DNA of 64,000 bases from Octopus vulgaris (GCA_951406725.2 OX597817.1:30752001-30816000), one strand, 5' to 3'; counted from the first letter of the stretch, positions 25,341-39,490 are shown. Notes: generated from the letters alone by a model not told the origin. Numbers and translations: made by a program.

Positions 25341-26131
25341 TATTCACTATGAAGAATTGAAACAGAACCAGTGCCTGTGTTTATCATTATCATAATGACT
25401 TCCTGAGACACAAAAAAAATACATTTCAACACATGAATTCACATGAATTTTGCTAACCTAATACAAAAATGAACTGTTTGATTAATGCCCAGTAGATTTC
25501 ATATTGTCTTTACTGATCCTCTCTCTTTCCCAATGGAATATTCCTCCTACTTGTCTTGTTCCTGCTTTCTTTGTTTCTTTCTGCATATTTTTTCATGTTC
25601 TTTTATTTCCTTTTCTTGGTCTTCTCTTGTGTTTATCTGAGGATTTACAACCATGTTTCGTGGTCTGCTACCACAACAGCTCCTTTATAGGATCCAGTTA
25701 GCTCAAGATCTCCTCAGGAGGAACCACGTCCAGTTTCAGCCCCTACTCCTCTACTGTTCAGAGGTGTCATCAGCTCTGGTGTTGGGTGAATCTCTTCTTT
25801 CTTCTGTTCCCTGGCCTCTTCGAATTGTTGTGTAGCCTCCAATACTGGTCTAGAAAACCAATGATAGGTAGTTACTCTATCATACTACTAGGTGATCTCC
25901 ATAATCCAGTGCTCCAGGGATATTGTGTCTCTACCTATTTGGCAGGGTAAATGTGAAAAGGAAGTGTGGCTCCGTCAGTTTTCCTGATGGATATTCAGTT
26001 GATCAGTTAAATAGATAACCTGTCATTATATTAATATGTAAGTAGTCTCTGCAACTACAATGTCCACTGTATCCTTCTTTATTTAAGGTAGTCAATTTAT
26101 AATTTAAGGGAGATTTAACGGCAATTCATAG

Positions 26132-26540
26132 TACTCTCTTTACTCTTTTACTCTTTTACTTGTTTCAGTCATTTGACTGCGGCCATGCTGGAGCAAATTG
26201 ACCTCTGAAGTTATTCTTTGTAAGTCTATTACTTATTCTATTGGTCTCTTTTGCCAAAATGCCAAGTTACGGGGATGTAAACTCACCAGCATTGGTTGTC
26301 AAGCGATGTTGGTGGGGGGACAAACACAGACACATAAACATATACACACACATACATATATATATATATACATATATATGACGGGCTTCTATCAGTTTCC
26401 ATCTACCAAATCCACTCACAAGGCTTTGGTTGGCCTGAGACTATAGTAGAAGACACTTGCTGAAGGTGCCATGCAGTGGGACTGAACCCAGAACTATATG
26501 GTTGGTAAGCAAGCTACTTACCACACAGCCACTCCTACAT
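26132..26540 (-). mobile_element. SINE family A
   Basis: Copy with an internal deletion, followed by a short inverted piece at 26546-26600. Confidence 0.85.
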
Positions 26541-26883
26541 CTCTTTCGAGCAAATCGATTTGCTTGACTAAAAGCAGTGCTCCAGCATGGCCGCAGTCAT
26601 TTCGAGTAGGCTAAATAACCATGTAAAGATTCTCTCATTTACTTATCAGATTAAACATGTATTGATACTATACTTCATACAGGTGTAACAGCATGAGAGA
26701 TATGTAGCAAAATGGGTACTAAAATTATATAGTGTATAATGAAATTTTAATTAAAATTAACCTGAAGTCAGGAGAGAAATCATAATCTTGATTGTTAAAC
26801 TCTGGTTAAGAAATCATAGGGAAACAACTTTGGTATTTAAATCAAAATCGATTAAGAATGTAATGCAATAGTTGTTGATCAAA

Positions 26884-26927
26884 GCCCTGGACATGGTTTT
26901 GGGCTTATTAGCCTTCATCAGCAAAGC
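26884..26927 (-). ncRNA. Degenerate type I hammerhead (G12A)
   Basis: GCUUUG CUGAUGA A GGCU aaua AGCC C AAAA CCAU GUC CAGGGC. Confidence 0.55.
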
Positions 26928-27489
26928 ATTTTCTAACCAATATTAACAAACCTAAGATGCCTTGAGAACTTTTGTGAACATACTCTGAGTAGTCAGTGAT
27001 TACCTTACAAGAATGACTAGGAAGTTAAATAGTATCTTGTACTGTTTTAAGGAAATATATAACATTTTGTTTAGAAGTGTATAACAAGTAATGAGAAGGA
27101 AAACTTGTCTAATGCCAATGTTAATTCTTGAGGCTCAGCTTATTTCACATGATTGAATGGGGGAAATTGCTGTTACTGCTTCTGCTATTGTTGCTGTTTT
27201 AGTTTTTGCAGTTGTTATCAAGCGTAGTAGCATTTGTGCTGGAATAGAATAAAAACTAAGATGTATTATGACTTAGGTATTATGACTAAGATGTATTATT
27301 GGATTTGGCTCTTGTCATATTTGGCATTTCAAATTAGCCTTTCATCTGACAACATTATTATTATATTTTTCTCTTTTTTAAAGAGACAAAATCTTTCTGT
27401 AAACAATAAAAAAAATCATCACCAAGTTTACTTGACTACAATGCAAACTTGAACATAATGCAGCCCCAAATTTTATAGCTAAATATTAA

Positions 27490-27710
27490 CCCTTTTGTTA
27501 CTGAATTTCTTTTGAGATGTTCTGTGTTTCTTTCAATTAATTTTAAATATAACAAAGAATTTTGTAAAATAACTTAGTTATCGTTAAGCTAGTATTAGGA
27601 ACATAAACTGTGACTAAGTTTTGGTGGAAGATTTTAATTTAGAACTTATGAAAACAAGATATTTGAGCTACAGAACCAGGGCAGTTTCAGCTGGGTTGGT
27701 ATCGAAAGGG
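27490..27710. mobile_element. piggyBac-type MITE
   Basis: TTAA|CCCTTTTG..CGAAAGGG|TTAA; homologous to 29908-30129. Confidence 0.85.
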
Positions 27711-27739
27711 TTAATATTAGTAATATATAATTTTTTGTT

Positions 27740-27940
27740 ATTTTAGCATGAGGCTAGCAATTTTGAGAGGAGGGGGCAAGTTGATTATATTGACCCCAGT
27801 GCTCAACTTGTATTTATTTTATCCACCCCAAAAGGATGAAAGGCAAAGCTGACTTTGGCAGTATTTGAACTCAGGATGCAAAAAGCCTGAAGAAATGCCA
27901 CTAAGTAGTGCAGTAATGATTCTGTCAGCTCTCTGTCTTA
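27740..27940 (-). mobile_element. Degenerate SINE family C
   Basis: aaaggatgaaaggcaaagctgactttggc is the reverse-complement core. Confidence 0.7.
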
Positions 27941-28023
27941 TCTTTTTATACAATACAACCACTGAGTACAACCATATTTACATTTAAAAAAAAAAGCAAC
28001 ATAACTGCAAATTCTACAACACA

Positions 28024-28435
28024 TAGGTGCAGGAGTGGCTGTGTGGTAAGTAGCTTGCTAACTAACCACATGGTTCCGGGTTCAGTCCCACTGCGTGGCA
28101 TCTTGGGCAAGTGTCTTCTGCTATAGCCCTGGGCCGACCAATGCCTTGTGATTGGATTTGGTAGACGGAAACTGAAAGAAGCCTGTTGTATATATGTATG
28201 TATATATATGCGTGTGTGTGTTTGTGTGTCTGTGTTTGTCTCCCTAGCATTGCTTCACAACCGATGCTGGTGTGTTTACGTGCCCGTCACTTAGTGGTTC
28301 AGCAAAAGAGACTGATAGAATAAGTACTGGGCTTACAAAGAATAAGTCTCGGGGTCGATTTGCTCCTCGACTAAAGGCGGTGCTCCAGCATGGCCGCAGT
28401 CAACTGACTGAAACAAGTAAAAGAGTAAAAGAGTA
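28024..28435 (+). mobile_element. SINE family A with long TSD
   Basis: Full-length; ataactgcaaattctacaacacata occurs on both sides (28001-28025 and about 28435-28459). Confidence 0.9.
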
Positions 28436-29001
28436 TAACTGCAAATTCTACAACACATAATATACAAAAGCTAAAATTCTTAAACACATACACTAAAGCT
28501 AGTATGGTTATTGCTTTCACTCTGAAACTTTTGTTTGAAATCTATTGAGTAAAGACTGTTGAACAGGTTTTAAAAAAAAATGCCATTTTTCATAAAACAA
28601 GTTTATCACATAAAAGTCATCAAAATTTGATTCATCATTTGACTCTCCAAATAACTCCAACCATTTCTTCTTGATTTATCTTCTTTTTTTTTTTTTGCTT
28701 GTAACTTTACAAGCTTTGTAACAATCTGTCCATCTTTTATTTTGTTTTTCATCCATTCAGTGAATTATTTTTCCTGTTTAGGATCATGAGGCTGGTTTTT
28801 TCCCCCAAGAGATTACTCACTGCTTGGCATTTTCTGTAGTTGAGCTTGTGTTTTTTTTTTTTTTCTCTACAGCTTAATGTTGCGCTCAACAACACCAAGT
28901 TTCCTAGAGGAAGCACAGCTATTCTTTACAGCAAATTCTATGGGGGATGTGATAGTAGTGAAAGTGAAATTGAAAGAATTACAATGGTGATGATGATGAT
29001 G

Positions 29002-29034
<33 letters not shown>

Positions 29035-29122
29035 ATGAAGAGGATGATGAGAGGGTGGAGGGTAAATGTATAAATGTATAAAGACAAAGATAGTGAAAAT
29101 ATGAAGGGGAGGGTTTATGTGA

Positions 29123-29205
<83 letters not shown>

Positions 29206-29907
29206 CGTGTGTGTTTGTGTATGTATGTGTGTGCATGTATACATGTGTGTGTATATGTGAACATTTTAAAGAATTTACTATCTTTCAAAAATAATTATCC
29301 TGATAAGCATCATCAAAAGTGACACCTTTTAAATTTCTTTGTTTTGTGTAGTTTTTGGTTGTTAGTGATTGTTCTTGTTTTTCTTTTATTTCTGTATTTT
29401 TATGGATTTTTATTTAATTTCTTAAACACACCTTCTCGAACAGGAAAAATTAAAAGCTCTAGTAGTAAGTAGCATCTTCATAACACCAGATTGGCAAACA
29501 AAGCTTGCTTCGAAAAGTAGCGCCATAACAAGTCATATTGTTTGGAAAGCAAATTAGAATACAAGGATACTTTGCCGCTTGTTCTTACTTGATGAGGTTT
29601 GGTTTATCCCAAGTTAGTGGTCCCAGAGAGGTCATCGTGTGTAGAGCTGACCAGGTCCACTAGCACTCTCCACCACTAATAGTCCCATGCCAGCCCTTGG
29701 CTAAAGAGTTATTTTAAAATTCTGAAATAAACTAAAATTCATTGTAAGCTATATGTATATATATATATGTACATGTATGTTTCTGTGTGTCTGTTATATA
29801 AATGCATGTACACGCAAGTCTTTTGTTTGTCAGTTGCTTAAACTAAGCAAGAAATATTTGTTTGCAATGCTGAAAACTACCACATGGTTTCTTCCATTAA
29901 TCATTAA

Positions 29908-30129
29908 CCCTTTTGTTACCATATTTCTGTTGAGATGCTCTGTGTTTCTTTCAATTAATTTTAAATATAACAAAGAATTTAGTAAAATAACTTAGTTATC
30001 ATTCAGCTAGTGTTAGGAACCATAAATTGTGACTAAAGTTTGGTGGAAGATTTTAATTCAAAACTTACGAAAACAAGACATTTGTACTCAGAGCCAGAGC
30101 TGGTTTCAGCTGGGTTGGTAACGAAAGGG
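29908..30129. mobile_element. piggyBac-type MITE
   Basis: TTAA|CCCTTTTGTTACCA..TGGTAACGAAAGGG|TTAA. Confidence 0.88.
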
Positions 30130-30574
30130 TTAACATTCACAAATGGGACCAAGTTTGTTAAAGAATTCAAATATAAGAGGTCTGATTTCTATGTCTTTCT
30201 TTTTCGCATTTTTTCCCCTTTTTATTCCACTCCTTCTGAAATGTATAATAGTTCATAATGAGCAAAACGCCCCCCATCCAATGGACAGTGCTGAATCATA
30301 TCTGCTGAATAAAAAGCAATCAGTGTTTTCTTTTCATTAAAAAATAATTAAGCATGCCTTTATTTCAATAAAATTTTTGGTTTTGTTAAACAAAGTTAAG
30401 GCCAAAAAACTTCTTGAGTAACCAAATAGTCTTTCCTTCCTTCATGCCAACTTTGAAGAGAATATCTCTTTTGCATCTTACTGTGTTTTGTGGCATTATT
30501 TGAAGCCAGCCGGCTTTTGTTGCACAAACTGCACATGTATTTTTCTCACGTACGCGTAGTATCGATTGCAACAG

Positions 30575-30772
30575 CTAATGTACTTGCGCATACAAATGCA
30601 CGTTCCCACAGCTTTATAAATCGCATTCTCACCTGGAATCGATTTTTCTAATTTTTACACACCTTGATACCATCAGTATCTACATATCAAATTTGAATGC
30701 AATCGGACGGAGGATGCCCGAGATCCTAGAAGATACACACACAGACAGACAGAACGGATTTTATATAATAGA
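30575..30772 (-). mobile_element. Possible Helitron-type non-autonomous fragment
   Basis: Minus strand begins TCTATTATATAAAATCCGTTCTGTCTGTCTGT, similar to the 5' end at 7045. The other end was not found. Confidence 0.45.
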
Positions 30773-31729
30773 TGTTTATTATAACAACTTAGCTAATTCT
30801 GCATGTGTATGTATATCATCATCATCGTCATCATCACAGCCATCATCACAATTATCATGTGTTTGTGGTATGTGTCAGATGATGAAGTGATCACAGAGCA
30901 ATGTGAAATGAAGCGTTTCGCTCAAGAGCACAATGGCATGCAAACCAAAACCATGACATCCCGTTCATGAGTGCAACACCCTAATCACTAGGCCATATCT
31001 ACACTATGTTTCCTTTTATTATGCAGGTCAATCATTCCTCAATAAAATCAAAACCCCTTGTCCGATTTTCTTGAAATCTTTATAGGATATGCAGAATTAT
31101 GTATCCCATGTCTCACGTACTTTTCATCTAAATCGGTGTACAATTAAAGTGGAAATGAAGAAAAACATGTTTATAGGGTGTTTCTTTTTATTATGCAAGT
31201 TAACAAATATTATATAAACAACATATAATGTGATTTATATATAGAACAATACATAACCAGACCATTAATATAAACGTATATCTTCCACCATATAATTATA
31301 TTTACAAATAATTACGTATATATTTTACCTCTTTATGTAATCCTCTTTACCATCTATAACAAAAAATTCTCTCATCAACTGATTTTGTCAATTTCTCAAC
31401 AGTCTCACTTTTAATACTACTTACTGCAGTTTTATTACTTCCTATTGTAAATCCTTGTTTGCATATTGTTTACCGTAAGAATATACATCTTTTTTCAAGT
31501 CTCAAACTGGGCAGTACATTGAATTCTTGAGTGAAGCACTTTATTTCACATTGTTTCAATTGACTCAGCAGAAAATTACAATCAGCAGCCCCAAGGGATT
31601 AACACTGAAATGGAATGGCATCCTGTCCAAAGTTGGTGGGGTGGTATAGTATTTATATTCCTTGGAAACCAGAGTAAACTTTTAGTTTAATGAGCTTGTT
31701 AACTCATGGCAGACTTATTTACCATTGTT

Positions 31730-32052
31730 GTGGCATGTAAAAAGCACCATTCGAGCGTGATCATCACCAGCATCGCCATACTGGCACTTGTGCCGGTGTG
31801 CAGGTGACATGTAAAAAAAAAACACGATTTTCCGTGACCATTGCCAGTACCACCTGACTGGCCCTTGTGGCAGTGGCATGTAAAAGCACCCACTACACTC
31901 TCGGAGTGGTTGGCATTAGAATGGGCATCCAGCTGTAGAAAATCTTCTGCCAAATCAAGATTGGAACCTGGTGCAGCCATCACCAGTCCTCAGTCAAATT
32001 GTCCAACCCATGCTAGCATGGAAAGCGGACGTTAAATGATGATGATGATGAT
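31730..32052 (+). mobile_element. RTE-tail repeat (family B)
   Basis: Shared tail ending in (GAT)n. Confidence 0.8.
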
Positions 32053-32168
32053 GGTATTTCTTATGATGCCAATTGATGATAACAAAGTAAGAGATAGGTT
32101 CAAAGACACATAGGGAGATGTTACTTTGTTTCATGTAAGGCATGATGATGATGATTTATCATTAAAAA

Positions 32169-32808
32169 GACTCAGCCATGACCATCCTGTCGTTTCATTC
32201 ATTCAAGTCTAAATTGTCCCAAAATGTGTCCATTTTCTTTTAAAAGAATCAGGAGTGATTTAATGAAGAACTGAAGGACTCAGCCATGACCATCCTGCCG
32301 TTTCATTCATTCAAGTCTAAATTGTCCAAAAATGTGTCCATTTTCTTTTAAAAGAATCAGGAGTGATTTAATGAAGAACTGAAGGACTCGGCCATGACCA
32401 TCCTGTCGTTTCATTCATTCAAGTCTAAATTGTCCCAAAATGTGTCCATTTTCTTTTAAAAGAATCAGGAGTGATTTAATGAAGAGCTGAAGGACTCAGC
32501 CATGACCATTCTGTCGTTTCATTCATTCAAGTCTAAATTGTCCAAAAATATGTCCATTTTCTTTTAAAAGAATCAGGAGTGATTTAATGAAGAACTGAAG
32601 GACTCAACCATGACCATCCTGTCGTTTCATTCAAGTCTAAATTGTCCAAAAATGTGTCCATTTTCTTTTAAAAGAATCAGGAGTGATTTAATGAAGAGCT
32701 GAAGGACTCAGCCATGACCATCCTGTCGTTTCATTCATTCAAGTCTAAATTGTCCAAAAATGTGTCCATTTTCTTTTAAAAGAATCAGGAGTGATTTAAT
32801 GAAGAGCT
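32169..32808 (+). repeat. Tandem array of about six 108-bp units
   Basis: gactcagccatgaccatcc.. starts at 32169, 32277, 32385, 32493, 32601 and 32705. Confidence 0.95.
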
Positions 32809-33653
32809 GTTTGCTATTTCTAGTATGGTGAGTGACAATGAGGAGGCTTCTTTGGTTCATTAAGTTTATTGTTTTTTCGTTATGTTATGAGAATACAAAC
32901 TGAAATGATTGCATGAATAATTGAAGAAAGATATTTAGAGCTGGGTATTTTTGGTAAATACCAAATATCCTGCCCACTGGTAGAGATTACAATGCCTTTT
33001 TTTCAAATATGATAAATTCATTAAAAAATAAATAGTCTCCAAAGACTAGCATGATGATCCATTCAGTCTGGAAGTTGGTTCCAGTTCTAGCATTTCACTC
33101 ACTCCCATTTGCCTTTTTGTTTCCTCTCTTGGTTACCATTTCAATTATACAGAATTTAAAGCTTCCCTTTATCAACTAAACTTGAAATATTTGTCTGAAA
33201 TACTAAACAATACCACATGGGCCCCGGCATAAATCCCGAAATTAGTGGATGGCATAAAATTTAACAAAATTACAATATATGTGGTTTTTATATGTCTTTT
33301 TCCCCCTTGTTTTCTTCTTTAACTCTATCAAAAATGCTTTTACAAATGTGTAACAGTTAATACCATTTATCATGACAACGTAGCTAATTACGTATGTATA
33401 TATATATACATACACACATACATACATACATATATGTATGTATGTATGTATGTATATATATCATCATCATCATTAATGTCCATTTTCTATGCTGGCATGG
33501 GTTGGATAGTTCGATAGGAGCTGAGAAGATGGAGAGCTGCACCAAGCTTCAGTTGTCTGTTTGGCATGGTTTCTATAGCTTGATGCCCTGATGCCCTTTC
33601 TAATGCCAACCACTGTACTAAGTGTACTGGGTCCTTTTTATGTAGCAATATAT

Positions 33654-33706
<53 letters not shown>

Positions 33707-33756
33707 CATATATATATGTACTAAGTGTACTGGGTCCTTTTTATGTAGCAATATAT

Positions 33757-33810
<54 letters not shown>

Positions 33811-33857
33811 GCATATACATTTTACAATAAGTTGCAGATAATTATTATATGTATGCA

Positions 33858-34065
33858 CATCATCATCATCATCATCATCATCATTTAGCGTCCGTTTTCC
33901 ATGCTAGCATGGGTTGGACGGTTCAACTGGGGTCTGTGAAGCCAGAAGGCTGCATCAGGCCCAGTCTGATCTGGCAGTGTTTCTACGGCTGGATGCCCTT
34001 TCTAACGCCAACCACTCTGCGAGTGTAGTGGGTGCTTTTTACGTGCCACCCGCACAGGTGCCAGT
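33858..34065 (-). mobile_element. RTE-tail repeat (family B)
   Basis: Near-identical to 11563-11765. Confidence 0.85.
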
Positions 34066-35515
34066 CACACATATGTATACATATGTATATATATATATGT
34101 GTGAATGCATGTGTATTCATACACATATACACAATTTAACAAGCTAATTCATAAAGTATACATGCATACACGTGCGCATGCACACACACACCTTTTTCCA
34201 TTTAGCCTCTCTGCTAAGAGGTTAAATAGGAAATAGAGCAAGAAGCCTTTATGCTATCATCTAACTTTCTTAAAAGTGCAGCAAGCACCTTTGAATCATA
34301 ACAAACTATCGTAAAAGCAAGAAACACATTGAATAATTAGCATCTCTTATATAAAGCTATCTATTTATCTATATACCTTTCTTTCTATCTTGTGCCAGCT
34401 GGTAGCACTAAGCGATTAAATATTTATGATTTGTCTGGAAGCAAATTTCAACCAAACATTCTTCACCTTGTAATCTATCACCCTCATTCTTCTTCCACTC
34501 ATAAAGTTCTCCCTTCATTACTTATCTATCCCTCTGATTCCCATTACAGTATCTACATATCGATTTCCCTTAGCTTGTCACCTAAAACGCTTACCTTAGT
34601 GTCTAAAGACCTTAACTTTCTAGTTTACCTTCTTGAACACTTCTTGACTTGTAATCTGATATCCTCATTCTTCACCCACCTATATACTCTTGTTAGTATG
34701 TGTGCCTATCACATCTGATTCTTACTACTATATCTACCTGTCAGTTTCCTTTGGGCAGTACTGCAAAAATTTACTTTTCTTGTCCTCATCTGAAGAACCC
34801 TTAGAGTTAAAACCGGTGTGGGTATAAAACAAAAAGGAAATTCAAATTTTTGTTTCAACTTTTATAAAATGAATACAATTTTTTTAGCTTTATTGTCTAT
34901 TTTCAACATCGTGTGATCACACACACACACATATATAATCATCATCATCATCATTTAACGTCCATTTTCCATGCTGGCATGGGTTGGACGGTTTGACAGG
35001 AGCTGGCAAGCTGAAGCACTACCGGGCTCCATGTCTGTTTTGACATGGTTTCTACAGCTAAACTGTGGGCAGAAGTATGATGTATGACCACCATTATTAC
35101 ATTTAGAGCTCTACATAGATGTTCATAATCCAGTCAGCTTTCTGTATAGTTGTCACGTAATTTCTATACCAAGTAGCATTATTAGTCATGATCTACGAAA
35201 CAAATGTAGGAAATACAAGGATAAATTAGAATAAATACAAGTTGATATGAAAGTTCCTATGTGCGCTTTACCATTATGGTTATTTGAACCCCTACGATAG
35301 ATGTGCAGGTGTGTGTGTATGTTTGGTGTTGTTGTGATACCCTGCGTGTTTAGGAGAGAGTATGGTAGAATGTAGGATAGGAGGTGGAAGATTTGTTAGT
35401 CTTAAATTATAATGTGAATATATATGTATACATATATAGATATAAGCACACACATGCACACGCACGCACACACACACAAACATATATACATTAGTATATA
35501 TCTTTAATCTTTTAA

Positions 35516-35876
35516 CACTTTTACTTGTTTCAGCCATTTGACTGTGGCCTTGCTGGAGCACCGCCTTTAGTCGAGCAAATCAAACCCCAGGACTTATTCT
35601 TTGTAAACATAGTACTTATTCTATTGGTCTCTTTTGCATCGGTTGTCAAGCGATGTTGGGGGGGGGGCAAACACAGACACACACACATAAATATATATAT
35701 ATATACTTAGAGACGACGGGCTTCTTTCAGTTTCCGTCCACCAAATCCACTCATAAATCTTTGGTTGGCCCGAGGCTAGAGTAGAAGACATTGCCCAAGG
35801 TGCCAAGCAGTGGGACTGAACCCGGAACCATGTAGTTCGTAAGCAAGCTACTAACCACACAACCACTCCTATGCCT
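35516..35876 (-). mobile_element. SINE family A
   Basis: Copy with an internal deletion. Confidence 0.85.
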
Positions 35877-35978
35877 ATGTATACATATATAGATATAAGC
35901 ACACACATGCACACACACACATACTCATAAGCATATATACATAAGTATATTTGTATATGTGTAAGATATATATATATG

Positions 35979-36031
<53 letters not shown>

Positions 36032-36032
36032 G

Positions 36033-36085
<53 letters not shown>

Positions 36086-36497
36086 CAAGAGACAGCAATA
36101 TGTTTGTTCCATGAATATACTTTAATGTCAGCAATAAACCAGTAGTCTGAGAAATTTAGTTTTCTGTACAAAGATGAATTTTCCCAAACCAACTCTACTA
36201 TCAGATTTAAAATCCTTCGCATTAGTGAATAAATTTTGGTCCTCTATAAACATCGTTATGATTAATTCTTCTTTCATTGTTCACTATGAAACTCATCTGT
36301 AAATCTAAAGCAAACTGAAATCCTTGACGTTTTTCTTTCTATCACTTGAATAAGTTAAAGCTTTGAAAAAGTCAAACATAACCCCTTAGAGGTAATATAT
36401 ACATACTGTCTAAACCAGATATACAGAAATTCCAAAATAAATAGCCATTCTAGATATGAAAATATGGTAGATGTTGTGATGATGATAATGGTAACGT

Positions 36498-36813
36498 CGT
36501 GGTGGTGTTGGTGGTGGTGTTGTTGGTGTTGGTGTTGGTGGTAGTGGTGGTGGTGTTGGTGGTGGTGGTGGTGGTGGTTGGTGTTGTTGGTGGTTGGTGT
36601 TGGTGGTGGTTGGTGTTGGTGGTGGTGGTGGTGGTGGTGGTGGTGGTGGTTGGTGTTGGTGGTGGTAGTGGTGGTAGTGGTGGTGTTGGTGGTGGTGGTG
36701 GTGGTGGTGGTGGTGGTGGTGGTGGTGGTGGTGTTGGTATTGGTGGTGGTGGTGGTGGTGGTGTTGTTGGTGGTGGTGTTGGTGGTGGTGGTGGTTGTGG
36801 TGGTGGTGGTGGT
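36498..36813. repeat. (GGT/TGT)n trinucleotide tract
   Basis: Direct reading. Confidence 0.95.
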
Positions 36814-38140
36814 GCTGAAATACTGGAAGAAGTTTATGTATTTGTCAATATATCTGATCTGAAATTGTAGTTTATAAGTGTTCCACAGAAATAAGATTAA
36901 TTCCATTGTTAAAAACTTCAGATGACCTTAGATATGATGTGAATGTTATGCTATAGATAGAATTCTGTTCTGCTATTGTTTTTAACAGAGGTGTAACTTC
37001 AGATACAAATCATACTTTATATATACGTATATTGTCCCAGAAGCTTTTACCATTTTCTAGTGATTTGTGATTTATATGGCCATGAGGAATGAGGAAACTT
37101 AATAAGGAGCTTCTGTTATTATACAAGTGAATCATTATAACCGCAGACAGACAGGAATTTTTTTTTTTTTTCTTCTAGTGAATTAGCTTATGTTTACAAT
37201 GAAAATGGTAGCAGTTTTGGTTTTATTGGTACCACAATACATTTTGTGTGAAATGTAACATTGTGCAAAAGTTGGACAATCAATATGAGAAAAACATGAA
37301 ATACATTTATTCATTTCAAAAGACAAATAAAGCACTGTCAGTAAAGTACAGATGTTTCAATACTTCACTGATATGTGTATCTGTGTATGTATGTGTGTGT
37401 ATGGGAAATATGCCACAAGTCTATAAATTAGCTAGTTTTAAAATATTAATCAATTTAAAATATAATTATTAGCGATTATGTATCTTTTTTGTGGGTAGAT
37501 GTCTTGCAAACAACTTGCACATGCAAGTGCTACCTGCCAAAAACTCTGCATACCAGAAGCCAGCAAGTGTATGGGGTCATTTTATAAAGAGCCCAACATA
37601 CCTTGTTTTCAAACTCGTTATATTTCCCTTTCTCATTAGCAGCAGGCCACAAAACCCTCGGTTTTCTCTGAGTACTATCTGAGGCAACAGCTTCATGACT
37701 TGCAGTTTCCTGACGGCAAGAGGCCTTTGCTGTAGCATTTATCTATCCGCTGTGGTTTGAGTCCAGGGATGATTTGCCATGTGTTTTACGATCAGTTTTA
37801 AAATATTAATCAATTTAAAATATAATTATTAGCAATTATGTATCTTTTTTTGTGGGTAACTACAAATAAAAATTTAACTTTTGTTGAAATAACACTACCT
37901 TTCTTTCAATTAATTGTGAAAATAACGAAGTAATAAGTAAAATAATCTTGTCATTATTAAGCTGATATTTGGAACATAAACATGAAATTTTAATAAAAGG
38001 CTTTGATTTTGATCACCTCTGGTTCCATGGCTCAATTTTAACTAGAAATTTATAGCAGAGAACCAAGGGTGGTCTCAAGCAGGGTGGTATCAGAAGGATT
38101 TGCAGATTCATCTAATACATGTCATCAACTACAAGTGAGA

Positions 38141-38465
38141 TCATCATCATCATCATCATCATCATTGTCATCATCGTTTAATGTCTGCTTTCCATGCTAG
38201 CATGGGTTGGACAATTTGACTGAGGACTGGTGAAGCAGATGGCTGCACCAGGCTTCAGTCTTGATCTGGCAGAGTTTCTACAGCTGGATGCCCTTCCTAA
38301 TGCCAACCTCTCCGAGAGTGTAGTGGGTGCTGTTACATGCCACCAGCACGAGGGCCAGTCAGGTGGTACTGGCAACGGCCACAAAAAATCATGTTATTTT
38401 ACATGTCACCTGCACACCGGCACAAGTGACAGTAAGGCGACATTGGTAACGATCACACTTGAATG
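38141..38465 (-). mobile_element. RTE-tail repeat (family B)
   Basis: Shared tail; an opposite-orientation degenerate copy lies at 38606-38798. Confidence 0.8.
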
Positions 38466-38766
38466 GTACTTAAACAAATATTGGCTCCTCCTCTTCAGTT
38501 GCAATCAACATTTCCCTCATTATTGTTATTACTATCCACTAAATTATTTTCTGGGGTCTGTAGTCTTGCAAGCTTCATGAGAATTTCAATACTGATGGTG
38601 GAACAAAAAAAGGTACCCAGTACATGCTGTGAAGTGGTCAGTATTAGGAAGGGCATCTAGCCATAGAAACAATGCCAAAACAGACACTGGAGTACAATAC
38701 AGTCTTTGGACTCACCAGCTTCTCTTGATCCATCCAACCTTTGCCAAGATGGAACCTGGATGGTAA

Positions 38767-38799
<33 letters not shown>

Positions 38800-39489
38800 T
38801 TAATTCATTTAATAGCAACTGTGCAGAAGTACAGTTGTAAGATTGTAAGCACTGCACAAAATTTGCAGCTTCAACACAAACTGTATGATTCTACTCACAT
38901 CTAATTTCTACGATAGAAAGAGAATAAAGTATTATTGTTATTATCAACATCATCAGCATTATCGTTATTATCATCATTATCAATGTTGTCATCATCAACA
39001 GCAGCAGTGGTAGCAGCAACATCATCATCATCATCATCTTCATTATCAGGAATGTCATTATAATTATCATCATCATTGCCATCATCATCATCATCTCATT
39101 GACATTATCATTACTGTCATCATCATCATCATCATCATCATCATCACTACCATCAACACCACCACCTAGGTCAATAGTTCCCATTTTACAATTATCAACC
39201 CTTTTAACAAATAAATAATCCTTTAAGACTTATACTTGTATAAAATATTCCCAGTTCTAGAATAGGTACAGTATGTCCCTGTATGTCATAAAAAGTGACT
39301 AAAAATGTTTGGTAACATAAAGAGTTGGAAACAAGAAACGTTGCCAGCATAAAATAGTGGATGCAAAATGCTGCTACTGAAGTCGATGAATTAAATTGTA
39401 AGTTATTTCCCAAAAAATCAACATTTAATACTTTTCTTGGGAAAATATTTCTCAGATTTTATTTGCAGTGAATGTTGTATTGTGTCCAT

Positions 39490-39490
39490 T

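Noticed and set aside
25715-25780. Minus-strand CUGAUGA..GAAA
   Set aside because: About 10 unpaired nt separate stem II from GAAA and there is no closing stem; likely chance.
32169-32808. CRISPR-like array
   Set aside because: Units are contiguous with no unique spacers, the context is eukaryotic and there are no cas genes.
34785-34835. Hammerhead-like CUGAAGA ACCC..GGGU
   Set aside because: GAAA is absent (ataaaac) and stems I and III are not evident; at best a decayed remnant.
36355-36906. Poly-Thr/His/Gly/Val ORFs
   Set aside because: Translations of the (GGT)n tract.
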